64,000 bases of DNA from an uncultured delta proteobacterium (GTDB lineage: Bacteria; Myxococcota_A; Polyangia; Polyangiales; Polyangiaceae), in NCBI GenBank assembly GCA_963841435.1, contig CAWJCS010000004.1, forward strand, positions 224,001 to 288,000, given 5' to 3'. Below the pieces are notes generated by a model that was given only the letters and a program-made list of their open reading frames with translations, was not told the DNA's origin and searched no databases. Below are positions 47,290 to 58,400 of this stretch, one piece after another (the stretch's first letter is position 1; each line of letters starts with the position of its first letter). The position numbers were made by a program, and so were the translations under genes.

Positions 47290-48191
47290 TGCCCGCTCCA
47301 ACTCTTTAGCGAGGGCTCCAAACGGTTGCCCTGCGCGTCGTAGCGGTAGAAGCCCCGTCCCGTCTTCCTGCCCAGCCAACCGGCCGAAACGAGGTTGCGC
47401 AGCGTGCTCGCGGGCCGGTATTTGTCGTCGCCGAAGTCGCGGTGCAGGATCTCGCAGATCGCGAGCACGGTATCGAGGCCGACGAGGTCGGCGAGCTCGA
47501 GCGGTCCGAGCGGGTGGTTCAGGCCGAGGCGGGCGCCGAGGTCGATGTCGGGCGCGCTGCCGAGACCTTCTTCGAGAGCGAAGCAGGCCTCGTTCATGAG
47601 CGGGACGAGCATGCGGTTCACGATGAACCCGGGCCGGTCCTGGCTGTGGATCACGGTCTTTCCGAGGCGCTCGGCGAGCGCCACGACGGCCGAGAGCGTC
47701 GCCTCCGAGCTCTGCAGGCCGTGGACGATCTCGACGAGCGTCATCACGGGCACGGGGTTCATGAAATGCATGCCCGCGACCCGATCGGGGCGCCCCGTCT
47801 GCGCCGCGAGCCAGGTGATCGAGAGGCTCGAGGTGTTGCTCAAGAGCAGCGCCTCGGGACGAAGTGCCTGATCCGCCTCGCGAAACAGCCGCGCCTTGAG
47901 CTCGCGCTGCTCCGTCGCGGCCTCGACGAGCACGTCGGCCTTCGCGTACGCGCTCGTGTCACCCGGCGTGATGCGCTCGACGAGCGCCTGGGCAGCCGCG
48001 GCCTCGAGCTTGCCCTTCTGGACGCGCCGCGCGAGCCGCTTCTCGATACCCGCTCGCGCCTGTGCCGCCCTCTCGATCGATACGTCGACGAGCGTCACGT
48101 CGAGGCCCGCTGCGGCGCACACCTCCGCGATCCCCGCACCCATTTGACCGGCGCCAAGGACCACCAAAGAAGTCGTCTCGGATGCCTGCAT
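47286..48191 (-). CDS. 3-hydroxybutyryl/3-hydroxyacyl-CoA dehydrogenase
   Basis: GAGQMGAGIA, EAATE, SNTSSL, GMHFMNPV, PGFIVNR, HPLGP.EL.D.VGLD, GRKTGRGFY. Confidence 0.95.
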   Translation of the reverse strand: MQASETTSLVVLGAGQMGAGIAEVCAAAGLDVTLVDVSIERAAQARAGIEKRLARRVQKGKLEAAAAQALVERITPGDTSAYAKADVLVEAATEQRELKARLFREADQALRPEALLLSNTSSLSITWLAAQTGRPDRVAGMHFMNPVPVMTLVEIVHGLQSSEATLSAVVALAERLGKTVIHSQDRPGFIVNRMLVPLMNEACFALEEGLGSAPDIDLGARLGLNHPLGPLELADLVGLDTVLAICEILHRDFGDDKYRPASTLRNLVSAGWLGRKTGRGFYRYDAQGNRLEPSLKSWSGQ

Positions 48192-48343
48192 CCCTTTCTC
48201 GTTACCCGCCGCCCTCGAGGGCCGCAAGCGGACGAGGCTCTGCGGGCCGTGTCGCGCCTCCTCCTTTGCGGGTCCGCCGGACCCAGCCGCGGCGAGCCGG
48301 GTCGCATGCGGTCGCGCGGGCGGCGGGGTAGCATGCCCCTCGC

Positions 48344-49249
48344 GTGCATCGCCGGGCACACCGCGTAGCGACTCTCGTCCTGCTCTTCACCGTCGCAGCG
48401 TGCGCCGCGCTGGCGACGGGCTGCGCGCGCGAGGCGGACGACGCAACACGCGCGATCATGCTCGCGGACAAGGGCCGGAACGAGGAGGCCGCGGCGCTGC
48501 TCGAGGCGCACCTTCGCAAGCAGCCGAGCGACGTGAAAGCACGCCGGCTGCTGGTTCGGGTCTACGGTGCGACCGGCGACCTCGGCAAGGCACGCGCGCA
48601 TGCCGACGAGCTCTCGCGAACGCTCGGCGTGGCGAGCCCGATCCCCTGGCTCGAGCTCGGGTTCGCCCTCGAGCTCACGCATCGCTACGACGAGGCGCTC
48701 GCCGCCTACGACGAGGCCACGCGCGTGGCGCCGCAAAGTGCGGCCGGGCCCCGCACCGGTGGCCTGAGAGCGGCCCGCTGGGGCGAGCACGAGCTCGCGC
48801 GGCCCAGGCTCGAGGAGGCGCTGCGCCGCGATCCGCGCGACGCCGTCGCCTGGCACGGGCTCGGCGTCGTGTGCGTGGCGCTCGGCGACCTCGATGGTGC
48901 GACGCGCGCCTACACCTCCGGCCTCTTGGCCGATCCCGAAGCGCTGGAGAATCATCTCGGGCTCGCCACCGTCGCCCTTTTGCGGCACGACGCCGCTCTG
49001 GCGCTCGCCCAGTACGAAGCCATTCTCGCCCGACGCCCGCGGCACGCCGACGCCATGCTCGGCCGAGCCTGGGCGCTCGGCGAGCTCCGTCGCGACGACG
49101 AGGCCGCCCGCGCCCTCTGCGATGCCGCGGCGCTCGGCGCGAGCCCCGCGATCGTCCGAAACCAAGAACGCGCGCTCGCCGCTCGGCGTGCCGCCGTGGG
49201 TGCGCCCCCCATGCCCGGTTGCGCCGCACGGAGCGATCCGGCCCGCTGA
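48344..49249 (+). CDS. TPR-repeat lipoprotein
   Basis: Lipobox ATGC followed by several TPR-like repeats. Confidence 0.82.
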   Translation: MHRRAHRVATLVLLFTVAACAALATGCAREADDATRAIMLADKGRNEEAAALLEAHLRKQPSDVKARRLLVRVYGATGDLGKARAHADELSRTLGVASPIPWLELGFALELTHRYDEALAAYDEATRVAPQSAAGPRTGGLRAARWGEHELARPRLEEALRRDPRDAVAWHGLGVVCVALGDLDGATRAYTSGLLADPEALENHLGLATVALLRHDAALALAQYEAILARRPRHADAMLGRAWALGELRRDDEAARALCDAAALGASPAIVRNQERALAARRAAVGAPPMPGCAARSDPAR

Positions 49250-49332
49250 CCCATGCACGGCGTACCCGAGCCGCGAACGCGCACCGTTCCCTTGTTCCGG
49301 CTCGGGTGAACTTAGCCTGCGGTTTCGCTGGC

Positions 49333-49361
49333 TTGTAACGCTACGCCGCGCGGCGTAGTCT
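49333..49361 (+). promoter_or_regulatory. sigma70-type promoter with a perfect 18-bp palindrome in the spacer
   Basis: TTGTAA-N17-TAGTCT; CTACGCCGCGCGGCGTAG at 49341-49358. Confidence 0.6.
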
Positions 49362-49413
49362 CGCGGTCCCTTCGGGTATCGCTCGAGCGACTCGAACGCC
49401 GCAAGTGGGTGAC

Positions 49414-52400
49414 ATGGACTCTCAGACGATCCGAACCGCGCTCGGCCGATTGCAGAGCGAGCCGGACTCCGACGACGCATGGGCGGCGCTGTCGGACAGC
49501 GTGCGGGACGCCGGTGGCGACCTGTCGCTCGACGAGCTGCTCCGCCTGTTCGAAAGGGCGCGTCAGCGCCACGCCGCACGCGGCGAATGGGACGCCGTTG
49601 CCAGGCTGCTCGAGGTGGCAGTGCGCGTCGCCGAGAACCAACCAGGCGAAACAGAGCTACTGCGTGAGCATGCCAGGGTTCTGAAAAACGAGCTGTTCGA
49701 CGACGAAGGCGCGCTCGTTCCGGGCCTCAGGCTGCTCGAGCTCGACCAGGGCGACGTCGAAGCAAGCCAGGCGATCGAAGAGCTCGAGAGCAAGCGTGGC
49801 CGTTCGGCCGAGCTCGCCCAGCGTTACGTCGACGAGGCTCAGGGCGCCACGGACGATACCTACAAGAGCTCGATGCTCATGCACGCCGCCGAGATGGACG
49901 TGCGCTTCGGTGGCGACGGGGTGGACCTCGCCAAGGCCATCGAGCGCCTCGAGCAAGCCGTGCGCCTCGATCCTTCGAACGCCAAGGCGGGGCGGTTGCT
50001 CGAGCTCGTCCACCGCCGCGCCGGGCATTGGGCCGAGGTCGCGCGCGTGCTCGAGCGGCTCGCCGATCGCGCCGACGAAGTGGCAGACCGCGTCGCCGCC
50101 GGCACGCGCTTAGCGCGCGTCCAAGCGCAGCACCTCGGCGATGACGAGCGCGCCGCGCGCGCCTACGAGGGCGTGATGCGCGAAGCCCCGGGTCACCCCG
50201 AGGCCATGGAATTCTTGATCGGCTTTTACTCCGGCAAGGAGCGCTGGTCCGACCTGGTCGGGCTCTACGAGCGGGAGCTCGCCGCCAAGAAGGCCGGCGA
50301 AGCGGAGCTCATCGGCGACATGCTCCAGATCGCGATGCTCTACTGGAAGAAGCTCGAGCACGCGCGCGCCGCCGAGCCGTGGTTTTCGCGCATCGCGAAG
50401 ATCCAGCCCGCGAACGAGGCGCTCTTGTCGTTTTATCGGGAGTATTGCGAGTCGCTCGGAGACGACGGGCGGCTCATGGAGGTGCTGCAGACCGCGCAGC
50501 GCTCACTCAAGGACGGCGCCAAGGAAAAGGCGGCGATTGCCGTCGAGCTCGCGCGGCTCGCCGAGGGCCAGGAGAACGCGCAAAAGGCCATCGAGCAGTA
50601 CAAGGCGGTGCTGCGCAGCGATCCCGACAATGTCGAGGCGCGCGACAAGCTCAAGGGCTTCTACAAGCAAACCCAGAGTCACAACGCGCTCGTCGAGCTC
50701 TTGCGTCAGCAGCTCGAACGCTTGCCGCAGGAAGCCTACGAGGAGCGGCTCGCCGTGCTGCGCGAGGTCGCGAGCATCTATCGCGAGTACATCCGGAGCG
50801 ACACCGCCCTACTCTCGGTCCTAAACCAGATCGTTCAGCTCGACGAGAAGCTCGACGAGCACGACGTCGAAGAGATGCGCGAGATCGTCCAGCTTTACGA
50901 CAAGCTCGGGCGGGCGCGCGACATGATCACGTACCAGCTCAAGCTCGCCGAGATCACGCCCGACCTCGACGAGAAGAAGCGCCTCTATCGCGCGGCCGGC
51001 CGGCGCTGGCTCGAGCAGTTCTCGAACGCTCAGAATGCCGCCGATGCCTTCGCTTCGCTCCTGAAGCTCGAGCCGAGCGATCGCGAGGCTCGCGAGCGCC
51101 TCGACGAGCTCTACCGCAAGCGGCGCGCCTGGCCGCAGCTGTTCGAGCTGTTCGAGGTCGAGCTCGCCGACACGGTGGGTCCTGCGCGCGGCGCCCTGAT
51201 GCTCGAGATGGCCGGGCTCGCCTCCGAGCGCCTCAATCGCGGTGACGTTGCGGTCAAGCTCTACCGCGACGTGCTCGACGGTGATCCGAGCCGGCTCGAC
51301 GTGCTCGACGCGCTCGAACGCCACGCCGAGCGCGCCAAGGACTGGGCGTCGCTCGCCGATGCCCTCGAGCGCCGCACGGGCGCGCTGAAGGACGACGCCC
51401 AGCGGCTCGTCGTGCTGCAGAAGCTCGGCACGGTCTACGCCGAGCACTTGAACGATCCACAGGCGGCCACGCGCGCCTGGCGCCGCGTGCTCGAGCTGTC
51501 GCCGGGCCATCAGCGCGCCCTGCGCGTGCTGCGCGACGCATCGCTGCAGGCCGGGGACTACGACGGCCTTGCGGAGCTCTACGCTTCGCAGAACGATTGG
51601 GAGGGGCTCGCCGAGGTGCTGAGCAACGCCGCCGATCGCGCCAAGGAGCCGGCGTTGCGCGTTGACCTGTCGTATCGTGCGGCCGCTGTCCTCGAGGACA
51701 AGCTCGGTCACCGCGAGCGCGCGTTCCGCTCCTACGAGCGCGTGCTCACCGCCGACCCGAGCGACACGCGCGCCGCTCGCGCGCTCATCCCACTTTACGA
51801 AAAGGACGAGAAGTGGGTGCGCCTGCCCGCCCTCTACGAGCTTTTGCTCGAGCACGCCGACGGTATCGAAGACAAGCTCGGGTACCTCGGCCGTCTCGTC
51901 GAGATCGCCGGCAAACATCTTTCCGATCGGCGGGCGGCCGCCGCCTACGCGCGACGGGCCTACGAGCTTGCTCCCGACAGCCCCGTGGCGCTCGATATCC
52001 TGGAGGATTCGTCGCGCGCGGCCGGTAGCTGGGACAGCTTCGTCGAGGCCGTCGAGGGGCGCCTCCGCACGCTCTCGAGCGACGCCTCGCCGACCGCGGC
52101 CGCCGCCGAAGCGGCGCCTGCCGGCAAGAAGAAGAAGAAGAGGAGGGGTGGCGAGGAGGGCACCGCCGAGCCGCGGCCGGCGCTGTCGGGGGACCTCCGC
52201 CGCCTACTCGAGCTCAAGCTCGCCCGGGTGCTCGCTGACGAGCTTGCCCGTCACGACGATGCCATCGCCGTGTACCGCGGGTTGCTCGAGCGCGACCCGC
52301 GCGATGCCGAGGCTTCCGGCGCGCTCGATCGCCTCTTCCGGTTGCTCGATCGGCGAGACGACCTGCGCACGCTGTTCGACTTGCGCGTGGGCACCGTCGA

Positions 52401-55400
52401 GGGCGACGCCGAGCGGCTCGCGATCCTCGGCGAGTGGGCAACCCTCGAGGAAGAGGTGTTCGAGGATCCGGAGCGCGCCGCGGTTCTTTACCGCCGCATG
52501 CTCGAGATCGATCCGGGCGACGAGGTCGCGCTCACGACGCTTTCGCGCCTGCTCCTTTCGCTCGACGACGCCGCGGGCGCGGCCGCCGTCATGGAGCAGC
52601 GCCGCGACAGGCTGTCCGACGCGGCGCGCGCGGAGAGTCAGGTGGCGCTCGCCGAGCTCTACATCGGCCGCCTCGGGCGCCCGATCGACGCGCTCGCCTC
52701 GGCCGAAGAAGCGCTCGCGACCCCCGAGACGGCCCCGACGGCCGTCCATCTGCTCGAGCGCTTGCTCGAGACACCGTCCGCCCGTCCGCGCGCGGCCGAG
52801 GTGCTCGCCGAGCGTTATGCCGAGAGCGGCGACGCGCGCCGCGAGGCGCAAGTGCTCGGCATCCTGCTCGAATCGACGACGGACGTTCCCGCCCGCCTCG
52901 TTCTGGAGCAACGGCTCGCTACCGTCTACGAAGAGAAGCTCGGCTCCTTCAGTGACGCGCTCGACGTGATGCTGCGCGCCGTCCGGCAGTCACCCGATCG
53001 CCTCGAGCTCTGGGAGAGAGCCGAGCTGCTCGCCACCGAGGCCGGTCGCCCCACGGATCTCGGCGACGCGTTCCGCGAGGTCCTGCGCAGCAAGCTCGAG
53101 CCCGATCTCGAGGTGGAGCTCTGCGAACGCGCGTCGCGCCTCCACGAAGATCGCCTGGGCGATCCCATCGGCGCGACCCCGTACCTCGAGCGCATGCTCA
53201 CGTTGCGGCCGGGGACGGAGTCCGCTTTCCGTCGCCTCAAGGACATCCTGACGGCCGCCGAGCGCTGGGGAGAGCTCGAAGCGCTCTACGAGCGCGCCGT
53301 GGGAGCCAGCGAGGACCCCGTGCGAAAGGTCGAGATGCTCGCCGAGGTCGCCCTCGTTTGCGAGGAGATCATCGAGGATACCGCCAAGGCCATGCGCCAC
53401 TACGAGCGCATCCTCGCCATCGACCCGTATCACGAGACGGCGGTACGCGCGCTCGATCGCCTCTACACGCGCGGTGGCAAGGAACGCGAGCTCGCGGCGT
53501 TGCTCGACCGCCGCCTCGAGACCGCCGTCGGAGACGACTCGCTCGACCTCAAGCTGCGCCTCGCGCGGCTCCAGCTTGCGCTGCACGAGCCCGAAAAGGC
53601 CATGGGTCACGTCGAGGACGTGCTCAGCGAACGAGTCAACGACGCAGATGCGCGCCAGCTCGCCGAGCGCTTGCTCGAGATCGGCAGCCTCAAGGTTCGC
53701 GCGGCCCGCGTGCTCGAAGCCGTGTACGACTCGCGCGACGAGGTCCGCGATTTGGCCAGGGTGCTCGCGGCCCGGCTCGATGCCGACACCGACGCGACCC
53801 CCGACGAGACGCGTGAGCTCTTGCGTCGCATCGCCGTCCTGCGCAACGACCGCCTGCGCGACGACGAGGGGGCCTTCGAGGCCTTCGCGAGGCTCTGTCC
53901 CCTCGACCCGAGCGACACCGACTCCCGCGATCAGCTGATCGCCATCGGCGAGCGACAAGGCAGCTACGAGCGCGTCGCACGCGTGCTGCTCGACACCGCC
54001 GAGAAGTCCACCTCCGCGGAGCTCCGCGGCGAGATCCTCACGCGCGTGGCCCTGCTCTACGAGGATCGTCTCGGCCAGCCCGAACAGGCCGAGACGGTCT
54101 ACCGGCGTGTGCTCGAGCTCGACCCGAACGATCCGCGTGGTGCGCTGCCCGCGGCGCGCTCGCTCGAGCGCCTGTACGCCGCGCAGGGTGCTTCGGAGAA
54201 GCTCGCCGAGATGCTGCGCGTCCAGATCCGGCTCGAGGAAAGCGTCGCCGTGCGTCGCGACCTGCTCGGCCGGCTCGGCGAGATTTCCGAAACCGTGCTC
54301 GGCGACCGCCAGGGTGCCATCGCCGCGTGGCGCTCGCGTCTCGAAGACGGCGGCGACGACGAGCAGGCGCTCTCGGCGCTCGACCGGCTTTACGAGAGCA
54401 CCGAGCGCTACCGTGATCTCGTCAACGTGCTGCGCCGCAGGCGGGACCTCACGAGCGATCCCGACAGGCGTCGGGGGCTCCTGTCTCGCTCCGCCGAGAT
54501 CCTTTGGCGAAAGCTCGACGCGGGGCTCGAGGCGATCGACGAGTACCGGACCCTGATCGACGAGTTCGGGCCGTCGACCGCGTCGCTCGAAGCGCTCGAG
54601 GCGTTGTTCGAGGCTGCCGAGCGCTGGGACGATCTCGCGGACACCTACCAGCGGCACCTCGACATCGCCGAGAGCGACGCCGTTCGGCTCTCGCTGCTCG
54701 GCAAGCTCGGCGATCTCGAACGGCTCCGGCGGGGCGACGTGCCGGCGGCGCTCGAGGTGTACCGGCGCGCCCTCGCCGTCGACCCCCGCCACGCCGAGAG
54801 CCGCGCGGCGCTTCAGTCGCTGCTCGAAGCGCCCGACAGCGGCGTGCGGCGTGATGCCGCGCAGATGCTGCGTCCGCTCTACGAAGCGGACGGCGATCAC
54901 GAGCGCCTCGTCAACGTGCTCGACATCGAGGTCTCCGCCACGGACGATCCCGTCGAAAAGCTCGCGGGTCTGCGTTCGGCGATCGAGGTCGCGGCCGGCC
55001 CGCTCGGCGACTCGAACCGCGCCTTCGGCTACGCCGAGCGTGCCGTCCGGCACGCGGTGGGTCACGCCGAAGTCGAGGAGTGGTTCGAGCGCCTCGAGCG
55101 CCTCGCGCAGGCCACGGGGCGCCACGCCGACCACGTGACGCTGCTCTGCAACGTCGTGAGCAATCTATTCGACGGTGACGTGCAGCTTGGCGTCACCCTC
55201 AAGATCGCCGATCTCGCGCGGCGCGAGCTCAAGGACAAAAGGCTAGCGCGCGAGTACTACACCAAGGCTCTCGAGCTGCGCGCCGACCACCCGCATGCGC
55301 TCGCCGCGCTCGAGACCTTGTACGAGGAGGACGGTGACGCCCAGCGACTGCTCGACGTGCTCGAGCGTCGCGCCGAAGTCGCCGATTCGGACGACGAGCG

Positions 55401-58400
55401 CAAGCGCCTGCTTTATCGTCGGGCGACGCTGCTCGCGGGCGAGCTCGGTGACAAGGCGCGCGCCATCGAGGTCTACGAATCCATCCTCGACATGTCGCTC
55501 GAGGAGGAAGCGCTCACTGCCCTCGAAGGCCTCTACGCCGCAGTCGAGCGCTGGAGGGACCTCGTCACGCTTTACGAGCGTCAGATCGACGCCGGGCGTG
55601 GCAATGCCAGCGACCTGCGCGTCAAGATCGCCGGTGTCGCCGCGCGGCGCCAGCGCGACACGGGACGCGCCTTCGAGGAGCTCGAGCAGGCGCTTGGCAA
55701 GGACCGGCACCACGAGGGCGCGATCGCCGAGCTCGAGCGGCTACTCGGCGAGGCCACCGATCCGGAGCATCGCGGGCGCGCCGCCGAGCTGCTCGAGCCG
55801 GTCTACCTCGTGCGGGCCGACTGGAAACGCGTGCGAGCGGCACTCGAAGCGCGCCTCGACGTCGCAACCGATCCCGACGACCGCCGTGAGCTCCTCACGC
55901 GCCTCGCGCATCTCTTCGAGGAGCAGGAGGAAGACTACCGCGCGGCGCTGGAGACGACCGCGAAGCTCCTCCACGAGGATCTTGCCGACGAGAAGACGCT
56001 CGCCGAGCTCGAGCGACTGGCACGCGTCGCCGGCGCCGGGCAGCGGCTCGCCGAGCTCTTTGCCGCCGAACTCGCCCAGGTCACGGGCGACGACCCCGCG
56101 AGCGCCCGGCTCGCGCGCCGGACCGGTGAGCTTTTCGACCAGCTCGGGCAGGCGGATCAGGCGCTTTCGTTCTATCGGCGCGCGCTCGCCTTTCATGGCG
56201 ACGACAAGTCGCTTTTCTCGGCGATCGACGGCATCCTCGTGCGCGAGCGGCGTCACGAGGAGCGCGTGGCCCTGCACCGCGACGCGCTCGAGCAACGCTT
56301 CGACCCGGCCGAGCGGCTCGCGCTGCTCCACACCGTGGGCGGGCTGCTCGAGAAGGAGCTCGCGCGGCCGGACGAAGCCATCGACACCTACCGCTCGGCT
56401 CTCGAGGTCGACGAACGTGACGAGCGCTCGCTCGACGCGCTCACGGCGCTCTACCGGGCGCGCTCGCGCTGGGACGACCTCGCCGAGCTCTACCTGACTC
56501 GCGCCGAGCAGGCGGAGAGCACGGCGCGCGGCGTCGAGTTCCGTCTCGCGCTCTCCAGGCTGCACCTCGAGCAAGGGCAGACCGAGCGCGCCGTCGATCA
56601 GCTCGAGGAGGTCGTGCGCGCCGATGGGCGCAACGCCGAGGCCATCGCAGAGCTCGACAAGCTGCGCGAGGACGAGCAGCAGAAGGAGCGTGTCGTCGAG
56701 ATCCTGCGCCCGCTCTACGAAGCGGCCGACGACTGGCGACGGCTCGTGCAGCTCAACGAGGATCGCTTCGCACTCGCCGTGGACGACGAGAAGGTGATGG
56801 TGCTGCGCGAGACGGCCGAGCTCTGGGAGACGCGCGGCAACGACAACAAGCGCGCCCGGAAAGCGTACGGTGCCGCGCTGCGCCTCGAGCCCGAGGACGG
56901 TGGCGTGCGCGGGCACTACGAGCGCCTCGCTGCCGACACCAAGGCTTGGGACGAGCTCGCGCAGACCTACGAGGAGATCCTCGCCGAGCATGCGGACCTC
57001 GCGAGCGTTCGCGAGTACCTTGCGGTGCTCGCGCGCGTTCACGATCAGGAGCGCGACGATCCTCGCCGGGCGCTCGCCGCCTACGATCGGCTCTACACGA
57101 CTGACGAATCCGACCCGGTGCCGCTCGACGCCATGGAGCGCCTCGCGATCCTGCTCAGTGATTGGCCGACGCTCGTCAACGTGCTCACGGCCAAGACCGA
57201 GATCGTGCTCGACGACGAGGAGCGCGCGAGCCTATTTCGACGGATCGGCGAGGCGAAGCGCGACCTGCTCGAGGATCGCCCCGGAGCCATCGAGGCGTAC
57301 ACGCGCGCGAGCGAGCTCGACCCGACGAGCGCGTTCACCGTCGATTGCCTGATCGAGCTCTACGAGGCGGCGGACAACGCCGAGCGCCTGGTCGAGCTGT
57401 ACGAGCGTCGCGTCGAGCTCGTGGGCTCCGACGATCCGGAGCTGTCGTACGAGCTTTTGATCCTCGCGGCGAAGTGCCACGAACAAAGGCTCTCCGATCC
57501 GGGTCGCGCCATCGATTGCCTGGTGCGCGCGCTCGGCTCCAAACCGGGCGACGCTGGGGCGCTTGCCGCGCTCGACCGTCTGTATCGCGCCGAGGAAAAG
57601 TGGCCTGATCTCTTGGACAACCTGCGCGTGCAGGTCAACATCGCCCCCGGTCCGGCCGAGCGCGCCAGCCTCTACAAGGCGATCGGGCAGGTGCTCGCCG
57701 AGAAGCTCTCGAGCTACGAGGATTCGCTCGAAGCGTTCCGTCAGGCCCTGCTGCAGGCGCCTGACGATCGAGAGGCCGTCCTCCGTGTCCAGAAGCTCGC
57801 CGAGGAGCACGAATCGCTGCGTCGAGCCGCCTCGGAGATCCTCGTCCCCGTTCTGAAGAGCACCGAAAAGTGGGAGGAGCTCGTCGCGCTGTACGAGCTC
57901 CGTCTCTCGGTCGAAACGGAAGCGGCGGAGCGCACGCACACGCTGTGGGCGATCGCCGAGGTCCTCGAGAGCAAGCTGGGGCGCGTCGCCGATGCGCTCT
58001 CGGCGCTGCTCAGGGCGCTCGGGGAGCGGCCCGAGGCGGAGGATTTGCACGCCGAGATTGCCCGGCTCGCCGCGCTGTCGTCGGGCTGGGATCGCTACGC
58101 CTCGGCGCTCGCCGAGCGCGCGTCGAGCACTTTCGAGGCGGAGCTCGCGCGCGACCTCTACGTTCGGCTCGGCAAGGTCGCCGAGGTCGAGCTCGGTGAC
58201 CCCAAGCGCGCCGTCGAATCGTTCGAGCGCGCCGTCGAGCAGGTCGGCGACACGGCCGACCTCCTGGTCGCCCTCGACCGCCTGTACTCGGGCCTCGGCG
58301 ACCTCGACAAGGTCGCCGACATTCTCGAGCGGCGCGCCGTGCTCGAGTTCGACCCCGTGACGCAGGCCGAGATTCATCACCGGCTCGCGACGATTCAGGC

